Shown piece by piece: positions 19,635 to 28,814 of a stretch of 64,000 nt of DNA (its first letter is position 1; every line of letters begins with the position of its first letter). The notes under the pieces are model-generated. The model was given only the letters and a program-made list of their open reading frames with translations. It made no database searches and had not been told where the DNA came from. The DNA is from a virus. Taxonomy: Duplodnaviria; Caudoviricetes. The stretch is taken from IMG/VR virus record IMGVR_UViG_3300034170_000057. One strand, 5' to 3'. Made by a program: the position numbers and the translations under genes.

Positions 19635-20509
19635 ACGAACCCGAATTTACCAGCGCTGAAGCTGAAGCCGTGGCGGACTCCGTAGCGCTGTACAAAAGCC
19701 GTGTGAAGAATATGAAAAAGAAATACGGCGTTGGCGAAGAGGCTGCACTGGCTGCTGGCGGAAATGCATTGAATTATCCAACGGATAAAATCGTGCGTAT
19801 CGAACCAATTGACGCCGATTATATTCCCGGCCAAGAAGTCCACTGCCCGTCTTGCGGACGCGGGCACTCTCCGGTGTTCCGGCCAATCGACGATTTGTTT
19901 CTGCGTGGCGATAGCGCACACCAGACTTCGGAATCCTCGGATATTGGCGCTGGCCTTAGCTGGATGGATTCGTCCCGTGGTCGCATCGGCAACACCATGG
20001 AATTTATTCCGGGCGAAGAACCAGACGTGAATTCCGCCTATGCTGCGGCCTATACCCGCCAGTCGCATGCACAAGCGCTGACATACAATGAAAAAGCACG
20101 TTTGTTTTTCACCGAAAGTTACAGTGCCGCGCAAATGGCAGGCCTGAAACAATTGGCCGATTCGCTGGTGATCGCGGCTCGCCCGGAACCAATCGAAGTC
20201 AAAGCGTCGTTTACACTCACTGCGTCGGAAATCGAAATCGAAATCGACGCAGACGGCAATCCGACCACACTGGAAAGCGCGATGGCCCTCGACGCTGTTG
20301 ATGCTTTGTGTGCGGCGGAAGACGAAGCGTGGAAAAAAGAACTCGAAGAAATGGAATTCGATTTCTCGAAAGAATCCATCGTCGAAATGCTCAACGAAGA
20401 ATTGATTGCTGAAGGACGTGATCCGTTCTACAGCGTTCAACTGCTTTCTGCACAAGCCGCTGCTGCGGTGCGCAAGAAGCAAAAAGCCCGTAAGAAAAAA
20501 CGCAAATAA
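19631..20509 (+). CDS. hypothetical acidic protein with CPSC motif and basic tail
   Basis: AGGA RBS, ATG 19631. Confidence 0.7.
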   Translation: MNEPEFTSAEAEAVADSVALYKSRVKNMKKKYGVGEEAALAAGGNALNYPTDKIVRIEPIDADYIPGQEVHCPSCGRGHSPVFRPIDDLFLRGDSAHQTSESSDIGAGLSWMDSSRGRIGNTMEFIPGEEPDVNSAYAAAYTRQSHAQALTYNEKARLFFTESYSAAQMAGLKQLADSLVIAARPEPIEVKASFTLTASEIEIEIDADGNPTTLESAMALDAVDALCAAEDEAWKKELEEMEFDFSKESIVEMLNEELIAEGRDPFYSVQLLSAQAAAAVRKKQKARKKKRK

Positions 20510-20522
20510 CTGGAGTTTCCCC

Positions 20523-20840
20523 ATGTCCCTAGTTCCATATGTTGGTGCCCTGACCGCGATTCACAATAGCCCTGTAGCTATGACCGTAAACGAAGTGATC
20601 ACCAACGAAATCAGCGGCGATATCGAATACGTTCAATGCGTTTACTTTTCGGGTAACAAACTGAATCATCACACCGGTAAGCCTGACTCGTTTATCGGCT
20701 TCGGTGAAGAACTCGCATTTTCCAGCGGCGCTTTCCAATACGCTTTCGGTGCGCCGGACAGCGAAGATGATGGGCCAGACGACGAAGAGGAAGAACTCGA
20801 AGAGGAAGAGGAAGACTCCGACGAACTGGTCAAAGCGTAA
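20523..20840 (+). CDS. small protein, possibly DUF2158/YodC-like, with acidic tail
   Basis: 'SPVAMTV...VQCVYFSG' resembles the 'GP.MTV...C.WF.G' family; E/D-rich C-terminus. Confidence 0.5.
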   Translation: MSLVPYVGALTAIHNSPVAMTVNEVITNEISGDIEYVQCVYFSGNKLNHHTGKPDSFIGFGEELAFSSGAFQYAFGAPDSEDDGPDDEEEELEEEEEDSDELVKA

Positions 20841-20848
20841 ATGAAATC

Positions 20849-20873
20849 GGGCCATGGAAGGCCCTTTTCTTTT
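20849..20873 (+). terminator. intrinsic terminator
   Basis: GGGCC-ATGGAA-GGCCC-TTTTCTTT. Confidence 0.65.
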
Positions 20874-20885
20874 AGGGAGAAATTT

Positions 20886-21212
20886 ATGAGTTTGTTTCAA
20901 TGCGAAGTTTGCGGCTGCTGTGAAAATACCGCGCTGTCTGCACAAGGTTGTAAACCAAGTTTCATGCAGAACCTGTTCGACTGGTCCTATGCGCCTGAGC
21001 GTAAAGGCATGTACCTTTGCAGCGTCTGCGCCCCGTTGAAATATCGTGATGGGGAACCCACTAAATTCGGCGTGTGGCATGGCGAGTTCCCCCGCAACTT
21101 TCTGCCAATGGGTGAATTCAAAACAAACGCCCGTGGAAATCTCGAACACATCGAGGACGGAAGCGAAGACTTTATGATGTACGAAATCGAGAAGCCTGCT
21201 CATGTCAAATGA
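20886..21212 (+). CDS. Cys-rich hypothetical phage protein
   Basis: CEVCGCCENT...CSVC; GGGAG RBS. Confidence 0.7.
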   Translation: MSLFQCEVCGCCENTALSAQGCKPSFMQNLFDWSYAPERKGMYLCSVCAPLKYRDGEPTKFGVWHGEFPRNFLPMGEFKTNARGNLEHIEDGSEDFMMYEIEKPAHVK

Positions 21213-21705
21213 AGTGGTGGACGTTAATGGAATTCCGGTTCGCCCGGAAGGTGTGATTTTCAATGACGCTCGTGGCGGTGCAATCATCGGCCACCACATC
21301 GTAGAAGCAGACGGCACCACGCGCAAAGAACGCAACATGAAATTGCAGCACGAAATTCCTCTTTTGACTTTGGTAGAAATCAAAAGCGGTTCTATGGAAG
21401 GCCTGCGTCTGTTTGTGCAGAGCTACACCCGTGACTGTGACGGCACGCCGCTGTACAACCTAAGTTTCCGTTGGAAGCTGGTCGGCATTGAACATAGTAT
21501 TCACAATCCCAATTTCGTGAAGAATTCAGGCGGTATTTCTACCGGCCATAATCCTAATAATCTGGAAGTTGTGAAATCGCACCGTGACCTCATGGCCTAC
21601 CTGATTGCAGATGGCTACTTCAATGCGGAAGGTGTTCCTATCGGCCATTGGTTTACACCAGAACAGGCAGGAATCTACCTACTCGACCAACTAAACCACT
21701 GGTGA
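21202..21705 (+). CDS. hypothetical protein
   Basis: 167 aa in gene run. Confidence 0.65.
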   Translation: MSNEVVDVNGIPVRPEGVIFNDARGGAIIGHHIVEADGTTRKERNMKLQHEIPLLTLVEIKSGSMEGLRLFVQSYTRDCDGTPLYNLSFRWKLVGIEHSIHNPNFVKNSGGISTGHNPNNLEVVKSHRDLMAYLIADGYFNAEGVPIGHWFTPEQAGIYLLDQLNHW

Positions 21706-21709
21706 CAAA

Positions 21710-22024
21710 ATGACTCGCGAAAAACTGATGAATATTTATTCTCACGTGCAGGGCGAAATTCTGGCGAAAGAGTGCATCCTCTTAGGCCTTATGTATACGG
21801 GCGCCGACGTACCTACATTGGACCGCCTCGGTGTTCTACCGGCCAACGATACCAAAGCCGAACTCAAGGCCATGCAGTATTTCACAACGGTGCATATGGT
21901 TGAAACCGTTGACGCGGCCATCCGCAAGAAAGATGAATTGGAAAAACGCATTCAGCAATACCGCGATGCATCCCGCCACACCACATTGGTTTGTGCCATC
22001 GAAGGCATGTATCCGGACGCGTGA
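21710..22024 (+). CDS. hypothetical protein
   Basis: 104 aa in gene run. Confidence 0.6.
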   Translation: MTREKLMNIYSHVQGEILAKECILLGLMYTGADVPTLDRLGVLPANDTKAELKAMQYFTTVHMVETVDAAIRKKDELEKRIQQYRDASRHTTLVCAIEGMYPDA

Positions 22025-22608
22025 AAAAGTGGACAGGCGTCGGCAGTCAGAAAACACCTGAAAGCGTTTGCGCGGTGCAGACCCTGTTTGCCGCAACAAA
22101 GCCTAATTCCATTATGCGTTCCGGGGCCGCTAAGGGCTCCGACGAAGCGTTTGAACTGGGTGCTAAACACACGGAAATTTACCTGCCTGATCGTGGGTTC
22201 CGTGGGCACCGCACCGGCATTTGGCAGTACACTGAAGAACAGACACAATGGGGAGAATATCTCGCACAGAAAGTTTACCCGATTGTGATTCAAAATAAGC
22301 AACACATGAAAATGTTTCGCCGCAATGCTTTTCAAGTGGTTGGCCTCACGACATGCGTTGAGGATTCCGACCCCTCTGAATTTCTGGTGTGCTGGACGCC
22401 TGACGGTTGTGTCAGCCCATCCGGTTACTTGCGCGGACGTACAGGCGGCACCGGGATTGCGATTCTGATTGCTTGGGAATTTGATATCCCAATTTACAAT
22501 CTGAGAAACAAACCCGACATGAAAAAAGTGCTGGCCCGCATCGACCGCCACGGAACCGATATCAATCCAATTAAACAACGCCTCATGCGCGAAGGACTTT
22601 ACGGATGA
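22021..22608 (+). CDS. SLOG-family (DprA/Smf-like) protein
   Basis: WTGVGSQKTP, RSGAAKGSD.AFE.GA, LVCWTPDG, GGTG.AI.IA...IPIYNL. Confidence 0.75.
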   Translation: MKKWTGVGSQKTPESVCAVQTLFAATKPNSIMRSGAAKGSDEAFELGAKHTEIYLPDRGFRGHRTGIWQYTEEQTQWGEYLAQKVYPIVIQNKQHMKMFRRNAFQVVGLTTCVEDSDPSEFLVCWTPDGCVSPSGYLRGRTGGTGIAILIAWEFDIPIYNLRNKPDMKKVLARIDRHGTDINPIKQRLMREGLYG

Positions 22609-22910
22609 CCACTCAAACTAAGCTGGAACAACTCCGCTACAATTTGGCCCGTGCTGCGTTGCTCAAGGCGTGCGGCCAGTTGGATCGTCTGCGCCACCGG
22701 CTGGAATGTTTCCACAATCAGGATAAAGCAATTCGGTTTGTTCCGTCTGAAACTCCGCAGACCGAAACGCTGAGTGACGTTCTGGCTGAAATGGAAAAGC
22801 TGCTGGAACCTACAGCAACCATCTGCGCCGAACTTGATGCGTTGCCTGAAAAAGGTACGTTCTCTGATATCGTGCGCACTGCCAATTTGCTTGGGATTAA
22901 AGTGCAATGA
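22605..22910 (+). CDS. hypothetical protein
   Basis: ATGA coupling. Confidence 0.6.
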   Translation: MTTQTKLEQLRYNLARAALLKACGQLDRLRHRLECFHNQDKAIRFVPSETPQTETLSDVLAEMEKLLEPTATICAELDALPEKGTFSDIVRTANLLGIKVQ

Positions 22911-23353
22911 TCCAGTGGCTAAAATCTTGGATCGCCCCGCCGATTATGCAGTGTGGCATTGTGGAATGCCCTGTGTGCAGACGCGACCTGAAAAAGCACA
23001 TGAATATTTTCCATCGCCGCCGCTTTAAAATGGCGCTGAAATACAACGGTGTGTACACCATGACTTGCGGTCGCTGCAATGGCCAATCTGAATGGTGTGG
23101 AACTGTGGGCGACGAAGAGCCTAAACCCTTCGTGTATCTGCGCATCACGTGGCCTCGTGGCCGGGTATCACAGGCAGACTTGATCGAGTTAGCGCAGGAC
23201 GCACAAGCCAGATACAACATAAAGTTAATCCGCATGGGCGGCCCCGGTATGCGCCCGGATCGAATCAATTTTTCGCAGTACAGTCGTAAAGAACTTTTAA
23301 CCTATATCAAACGCATAGAATCACGAACTAAAAATATCAAAATCATTAAGTGA
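22907..23353 (+). CDS. Zn-ribbon protein
   Basis: CPVC...CGRC..QSEW. Confidence 0.6.
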   Translation: MIQWLKSWIAPPIMQCGIVECPVCRRDLKKHMNIFHRRRFKMALKYNGVYTMTCGRCNGQSEWCGTVGDEEPKPFVYLRITWPRGRVSQADLIELAQDAQARYNIKLIRMGGPGMRPDRINFSQYSRKELLTYIKRIESRTKNIKIIK

Positions 23354-23360
23354 GGCGGTA

Positions 23361-23690
23361 ATGGACTTCGACGTTAGCACACCCGACCAAATTGTCCGCA
23401 TTGTGGACAAGATCAATGACCACCTCGTTTACGAGGGTTTGCCCGAACGTCTCGAACATCTGGTTCCGCTGCTGTCTTTCAATTATGCGGCTGGTGAATT
23501 CGGTGTGGAATTCTGCGGGTTCAATCTGTGGGATAGCGTCAACGACAACATGTTTCTCGGTGAAGACGGTTTGGAAAATTTCCTGCTGGCACGCATCGCT
23601 GAAATTCGCAAAGTGTTCAACCACGCAACAAGCGGTATCCAACCATCGGCCATCGACACTCTGATGGATGACAACGGCGATAAACTGTAA
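23361..23690 (+). CDS. hypothetical acidic protein
   Basis: GAGG RBS; 109 aa. Confidence 0.65.
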   Translation: MDFDVSTPDQIVRIVDKINDHLVYEGLPERLEHLVPLLSFNYAAGEFGVEFCGFNLWDSVNDNMFLGEDGLENFLLARIAEIRKVFNHATSGIQPSAIDTLMDDNGDKL

Positions 23691-23772
23691 ATAACACATG
23701 TAACACAAACCCACCGGGCGGCGCATATGCTACCCACCACTTACGCGTGAAAAGCGCGAAGGATATTATCTA

Positions 23773-24756
23773 ATGAAATTGCATCATAGCGTAATTGACG
23801 ACTCGGATATGTTTGACAGCGTTTCCCGTTCCATTATGTTCGGTTACGGCCTGCCTACACCCAAACACCAGACTATCGGAAAAGGACTGGCGGATCATAT
23901 CAACGTGATCGTGATCGGCGCCACGTGTGACTCGGCAGAACAGCGCGTGCGCAATTGCTTCAAAGGAGAAGTGCCTGCGAACGTCGGCGTATTCGGTGCA
24001 GATTCCGATATGGAACACACAACGGAATTGCTGAAGAAAATCAACTTCACCGGGCACATTATTTTCACTCCGGAAATTTCGTACCTGCGTGATTATTCCT
24101 ATGTGCTTTTTGCACAGCTTGTGACACTGATCGGCAAGCATGTTGATCGGCACCGTAGCGGTTGTGAAATGCACCTGTTGTTTCCTAGCCGGGAGATTCT
24201 GGAAAACCTGCTGGGCGCAATGTTCGAAGACTGGAAAACAAGCCAATCGCATCGCTGGTTTCCCTACGAGGAAAGCAACAAGTTTTCCCGTAAAGAATTC
24301 GAGTCTGCATTGAAGCTCGAAAAGCGCAATCGCGGCCTCGGCTTCGAAGGTGAATTCGATGTGGATTTGAGCGAAGGTGAAAGCAAGATCGCTACGCCAT
24401 GGATTCTCGACGCCGGGAAAACCTTCCTGTCGTACCTGAACCCGCGTGAAGAGTTCGACCGCTCGCATCTGCATCCGATTCGTTTGGGTGAAGACTTCCT
24501 GAAATTTGATTCCAGCACGCTCTTTGATATTCTTTGCGACCTGCGCACGCTTGCAGGCGTAGACCTCGAAGACGAAAAATCGAAACCGCGTGAAATCTGC
24601 CTGCATGATTCCGTAGCGTGGAAACTGTTCTCCGGCTCTATCCAGCCGCGCCTGCCGTTCTACAATGGCGGCCACGACTCTGAAATGGGCACAGCCTGCG
24701 ACGGCAAGAAACAGCCGAAGAAACGCGTCGTGTTTATGGAAGAAATTTCCAAATAA
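23773..24756 (+). CDS. hypothetical protein
   Basis: 327 aa, AAGGA RBS. Confidence 0.75.
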   Translation: MKLHHSVIDDSDMFDSVSRSIMFGYGLPTPKHQTIGKGLADHINVIVIGATCDSAEQRVRNCFKGEVPANVGVFGADSDMEHTTELLKKINFTGHIIFTPEISYLRDYSYVLFAQLVTLIGKHVDRHRSGCEMHLLFPSREILENLLGAMFEDWKTSQSHRWFPYEESNKFSRKEFESALKLEKRNRGLGFEGEFDVDLSEGESKIATPWILDAGKTFLSYLNPREEFDRSHLHPIRLGEDFLKFDSSTLFDILCDLRTLAGVDLEDEKSKPREICLHDSVAWKLFSGSIQPRLPFYNGGHDSEMGTACDGKKQPKKRVVFMEEISK

Positions 24757-24762
24757 TCTGGC

Positions 24763-24786
24763 GGGCCAAGGACGGCCCTTTTGTTT
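24763..24786 (+). terminator. intrinsic terminator
   Basis: GGGCC-AAGGAC-GGCCC-TTTTGTTT. Confidence 0.6.
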
Positions 24787-24794
24787 GGTGACTT

Positions 24795-25229
24795 ATGATC
24801 GAAGTAATTATCGACAACGCAAATTCTGATTGTACCCATCGCGAGTTCTGCGCATTTTTCATGGAACACACTTTTGACTGGGTGCATGCCCCCAAGCATC
24901 TGCGTAATGATGAAATGTCCGACTTGCTTTTGATGGCTGCACATCGGATAAAAGAACCAACCCGAATTTCCGCAATCCTCCGGCACACGTGCAGTCGCCG
25001 GGAGTATTTGAACAACTGGCACTACCTACGCGATCACTGCTACACGAAACTGCTGAATACCGAAGGGCAGTATCGAGCGTCACGTGTTTTAGTGGGCCTT
25101 TTTGGAGAAGTGAACAATGTCGTCGCCGGATCGAAACGGAAACTTGTACCCTACTATGCAGGCCCTCGGTTCTATGCAAGGATACCGAGTGGTTTCCGAT
25201 CCAACGATGCTGAAAATAAAGTTTCGTAA
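24795..25229 (+). CDS. hypothetical protein
   Basis: 144 aa; overlaps next ORF by about 110 bp. Confidence 0.45.
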   Translation: MIEVIIDNANSDCTHREFCAFFMEHTFDWVHAPKHLRNDEMSDLLLMAAHRIKEPTRISAILRHTCSRREYLNNWHYLRDHCYTKLLNTEGQYRASRVLVGLFGEVNNVVAGSKRKLVPYYAGPRFYARIPSGFRSNDAENKVS

Positions 25230-25425
25230 AGAAGAGCGTAAATGGTCGCACCGCAAACGCTGGAAACCCGAACGTCGCTTCAATTTTATTCCGTACCAAG
25301 TGCCCTCTGATGAAATCCTTATCTTGGGCAATAACCTCGTGGCGCATCCGGCGCAGGTTCAACGCATCAAGGATGCAATCGACAAACAAAGCCACACCAA
25401 TTATTCCATAGGGATGCAATTATGA
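25117..25425 (+). CDS. hypothetical protein
   Basis: GGAG RBS; 102 aa. Confidence 0.6.
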   Translation: MSSPDRNGNLYPTMQALGSMQGYRVVSDPTMLKIKFRKEERKWSHRKRWKPERRFNFIPYQVPSDEILILGNNLVAHPAQVQRIKDAIDKQSHTNYSIGMQL

Positions 25426-25721
25426 TCGTTGGTAAATTTATCCTGCAATCTGTTGACCGCCAAGTAGTGAAAATCCCACTGCCCGCAAAAATTCTTTCTG
25501 TGATCGAACAGCATGGTGAAATCGTGATGTACGCACTCATGTGTAAAGACGCGCCCACCGTACCAAAGACCATCGACATTTACGGCACCGGGCACGACGT
25601 GCGCGACAAACGTACTGATTTCTGCGACGGCCTTTCTGAGCCGGGTATTTTCATCGGTACTGTTAGCACCGAAAACGGTAGCCTGATTTGGCACGTATTC
25701 GACGGTAGCGACTGCAAATAA
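25422..25721 (+). CDS. small conserved-type phage protein
   Basis: 'IP..AKILSV..Q...IVMYAL...IYGTGH...FIGTV...LIWHVF' pattern familiar from phage hypotheticals. Confidence 0.65.
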   Translation: MIVGKFILQSVDRQVVKIPLPAKILSVIEQHGEIVMYALMCKDAPTVPKTIDIYGTGHDVRDKRTDFCDGLSEPGIFIGTVSTENGSLIWHVFDGSDCK

Positions 25722-25737
25722 AAGAAGGTTAAAGACA

Positions 25738-26178
25738 GTGATCCGCAAGCTGAAATGCAAGGTGTATACGTTTTCACAATCGTGCGTAGGATTTTTCAAA
25801 GAGCCGGGCGTGCCTTCTGATCGTGGCAATTATTTCAGCGTCATTTTGCAAGATGACAAAGACGACATGGAAGGTATGCTCATTGGCGATAAAATCCGGA
25901 AAATCGACGAAGGAAAACTGCGCTATAACGTGGTGAACATGTGGGCGGAAAACTACAAGGAAGCCGCTAAAGACCTCGGCCCGTTGGACGTGATCACAAT
26001 CCAATGCCCAACGACCGGCGCACGTGTCATTCTGATTGTCGATGAACGCATTCCTGACTCGTACAAAATGAAAAATCTTTTTCGTTCGTACAACACGCCA
26101 TGGAGCCCCGAGTTTATCGCGCTTGTGGAATCCGCATCCGATTTGAAGTTTTACCGAAAAGAAGACGGGAGTATTTGA
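25738..26178 (+). CDS. hypothetical protein
   Basis: 146 aa. Confidence 0.6.
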   Translation: MIRKLKCKVYTFSQSCVGFFKEPGVPSDRGNYFSVILQDDKDDMEGMLIGDKIRKIDEGKLRYNVVNMWAENYKEAAKDLGPLDVITIQCPTTGARVILIVDERIPDSYKMKNLFRSYNTPWSPEFIALVESASDLKFYRKEDGSI

Positions 26179-26687
26179 TGTTCAGTCGAGTTCTGTACAA
26201 AGACGGGAGTTATATTCCGCAAGCGCGTCCGATGCTGTGGCCGCGTTGGCACAATATTTCCGACCCGATTTTCGAGGAAGAATACGAAAAACTGGATTGC
26301 TACAATAGCGATCTTGATCCGGAAGACGTGGCCGTAGATTGCGCAAAACGTTTCGCCGGAAACAACCGTGAATATCATGGCGTTGTTCGCTACATGCCCA
26401 TGCTGGCGCGTTGGATGAAAGTTTTCCAAGGCCCCACGGGAATGCAGGGCGCGATGGGTGCGCGTGGTGACAGGGGTGAACCGGGACGTGACGGAAAGGC
26501 GCGCAGTGTTCACGATTTGCAATGTCCACACTGCAATCAGTTTCTTAGCGACGAACCTTCACAAGGCCTGTTGCTGGAAGCAATCGGTGACGGAAAATTT
26601 AAGTTCGATTGCGCGAAATGCGAAAGCTCTTCGGAATGGTTTAACTTGAGCGGCACGCTCATGTCTGTGCTATCAATCAAGCGTTAA
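26178..26687 (+). CDS. protein with short collagen-like repeat and C-terminal Zn ribbon
   Basis: GPT GMQ GAM GAR GDR GEP GRD GK; CPHC...CAKC..SSEW. Confidence 0.7.
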   Translation: MFSRVLYKDGSYIPQARPMLWPRWHNISDPIFEEEYEKLDCYNSDLDPEDVAVDCAKRFAGNNREYHGVVRYMPMLARWMKVFQGPTGMQGAMGARGDRGEPGRDGKARSVHDLQCPHCNQFLSDEPSQGLLLEAIGDGKFKFDCAKCESSSEWFNLSGTLMSVLSIKR

Positions 26688-26735
26688 AAAATCGTCGTAA
26701 TTTAGTTATAGAACCCAACCAAAAGGAAAGTCTTT

Positions 26736-27344
26736 ATGACTGATGCACGACGTGAGATTACTGGCGATATCGCTGGTAAATATGAATCCGGTGGCCGTGG
26801 CGTTGCAACCGTTTCCACTGGCAAAGGCGACAACGGTGGTGTGAGCTACGGCAAACACCAACTGGCTTCAAACAATGGTTCCATGGCGAAATATCTCGCT
26901 TCGCAATTCGGTGCGCCGTACCGCGCTGCGTTTGGCGACCTACAACCGGGCACCAAAGAATTCACCGCCGTTTACAACAAAATCGCAGCGGAAAAACCGC
27001 TCGAATTCGGCACCAATCAATTCCTGTACATCGCAGCAACGCACTACGAACCACAAGTCGTGAAACTGAAAGCCAATTACATCGACGTGTTTCCGCGTCA
27101 TGTGGCGGTGCGCGAATGTGTGCTGAGCGTTTCCATTCAGTACGGACCTAATACCAGCTTTATCATCAAAGCTCTCGGCCCGAACTTCAAAGGCACCGAC
27201 AAAGAGTTCATCGAAAAGGTTCAGAACTATCGCGGTGCATCTGTCGCTGTCTATTTCAAATCCAGCAGCGTGAAAACTCAAGCCAGCGTTGCACAGCGTT
27301 CGAAAGACGAACTGAAAGATTTGCTGGCACTACTCAACACGTAA
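26736..27344 (+). CDS. stand-alone muramidase (VgrG3-C-like), candidate endolysin
   Basis: GKYESGGRGVATVSTGKGDNGGVSYGKHQL; close paralogue of the domain in 6161-9670. Confidence 0.8.
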   Translation: MTDARREITGDIAGKYESGGRGVATVSTGKGDNGGVSYGKHQLASNNGSMAKYLASQFGAPYRAAFGDLQPGTKEFTAVYNKIAAEKPLEFGTNQFLYIAATHYEPQVVKLKANYIDVFPRHVAVRECVLSVSIQYGPNTSFIIKALGPNFKGTDKEFIEKVQNYRGASVAVYFKSSSVKTQASVAQRSKDELKDLLALLNT

Positions 27345-27353
27345 GGAAAAACC

Positions 27354-27779
27354 ATGCAGGACACGACCGAACAAACTCCAGTCGAATCGGCATTCGAATT
27401 CCATTACAAACTCGGCAATCGTTCGTTTCGATTCAACTGCGACGACATTGTGGCGCTTCGCGCTTCGCTGAAATACACCGAGGTTGTTTTGCGTAATTCT
27501 CCGATCATTCCGATTTGGAATGAGTCGCTGAAAACACTGATGAGCGACGAACGATTCAAACATGATTTCGTTTACGTGCATCGGGCTACGTTGGTTCGTA
27601 TGGCTGACATTTTCAGCGTTGATCGTGAGCCTGCATCATCCTCCAATTACTCTATCGTGCTGGACGCCACGGATGGGCAGCCCGCCAGCCCGCGTTACAG
27701 CTTCGTGATATCGCGTCGTTACTACGGCCCTATGCGGCGCACTGTGGCGGCCCGCAATGCCTTGACAGCCCCGGCCTAG
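27354..27779 (+). CDS. stand-alone LytTR-type DNA-binding domain protein
   Basis: DIVALRAS.KYT, ESLKTL, FVYVHRATLV...I, ISRRY match the LytTR pattern (F.RVHRS.IVN..I; VSR.Y). Confidence 0.7.
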   Translation: MQDTTEQTPVESAFEFHYKLGNRSFRFNCDDIVALRASLKYTEVVLRNSPIIPIWNESLKTLMSDERFKHDFVYVHRATLVRMADIFSVDREPASSSNYSIVLDATDGQPASPRYSFVISRRYYGPMRRTVAARNALTAPA

Positions 27780-27853
27780 AGGCCCATACTTCCCACCGTG
27801 GCACCACTGTGTCCGGATATTTTACACTCACAAAATATGGGAAGTTTCTAATG
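27762..27853 (+). promoter_or_regulatory. sigma70 promoter + hairpin + CACTCAC leader (copy 1)
   Basis: TTGACA-17-CATACT; hairpin 27796-27816; CACTCAC 27825; GGGAAGTT; ATG 27851. Confidence 0.85.
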
Positions 27854-28222
27854 GATGCCGATAGCACCGTTGCACAACGCGATAACGTTCTGCTTTGCTA
27901 CGAATTGATTCCTGAAGAGGTTTCGTTCTATTTCATTCCCTCTATTTCTGACGTGCCATTGCCGTTGCTGCATGCGCTTATCAGACTTGAGGGCGTGTAT
28001 GTAAATCACCTTACGAAAAGCCCCGATAGCGAACGCGCTGATAAAGATGCGGCTTACTTGTCGGCGGCACTTTGCGCGCAACGTGAGCATCTAGACGACA
28101 ACGACCAGCACCAACAAAACCGTTTCTTCGGTGCGCTGGTGAAATACAAGGTCGATACGCCGTCGTTTAGCTTCGAATCGGGTGGAACCGTCCACCTGAT
28201 CCGCACCGGTTTTTTGATGTAG
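27851..28222 (+). CDS. hypothetical early protein
   Basis: First gene after leader copy 1. Confidence 0.65.
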   Translation: MDADSTVAQRDNVLLCYELIPEEVSFYFIPSISDVPLPLLHALIRLEGVYVNHLTKSPDSERADKDAAYLSAALCAQREHLDDNDQHQQNRFFGALVKYKVDTPSFSFESGGTVHLIRTGFLM

Positions 28223-28327
28223 ACAAAAACTGTAAATAATACAGAGCAATAAACACTAGGCGTTGGCTATCGCTGACCAGCATGGCGCCCGGTGCATTCC
28301 TATAGGTTGGCACAAGGAAATAAAACG

Positions 28328-28768
28328 ATGGCTAAGTACGATCCTGCTGACACTGCGAAAGTTGAAACCCAAGTTCTCGCAATGGTGGAAGCTGCAAAGA
28401 TTGCCGGTAAGACAACGATCTTTTTCGATACCCGTGCGATGTTTAGCGCGATGAAATTTTCCAAGCTGACGCGTAACCAGTTCGGGGAACAACTCTGCGA
28501 TCAACTGACGGGTTCCACTTTCCACAAGAAGTATGGCGATTGGGTTGCGTGTGAGTACGAATGCGAAGTTTGGGTTATGACTCGTTTGGCTGCCCCCGGT
28601 GCTTTGCTTTCGATTAACGACGAAGGTCGTAACCTGTTCTACAACACGAACACGCGCAACAAGGTCAAAGCAAAGAAACAAATGGTTAGCGTGGAAATCC
28701 CTGCTGATGCTGATCCGGTGAAAGCCGCCGCGCTTATGCAGGAACTGTTCGCCAACCACCAGCAGTAA
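28328..28768 (+). CDS. hypothetical protein
   Basis: AAGGA RBS; highly biased codon usage. Confidence 0.75.
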   Translation: MAKYDPADTAKVETQVLAMVEAAKIAGKTTIFFDTRAMFSAMKFSKLTRNQFGEQLCDQLTGSTFHKKYGDWVACEYECEVWVMTRLAAPGALLSINDEGRNLFYNTNTRNKVKAKKQMVSVEIPADADPVKAAALMQELFANHQQ

Positions 28769-28782
28769 CTGCTGGAAGGCAC

Positions 28783-28814
28783 GCCCCGCCTAGATATTAG
28801 TGTGGGGCTTTTTT
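28783..28814 (+). terminator. intrinsic terminator
   Basis: GCCCCGC...GTGGGGC-TTTTTT. Confidence 0.7.

Noticed and set aside
1663-26704. GTAATTTA upstream of three possibly late genes (1663, 14540, 26697) as a late promoter
   Set aside because: Two copies contain the upstream gene's TAA stop, and three copies of an AT-rich 8-mer is near chance
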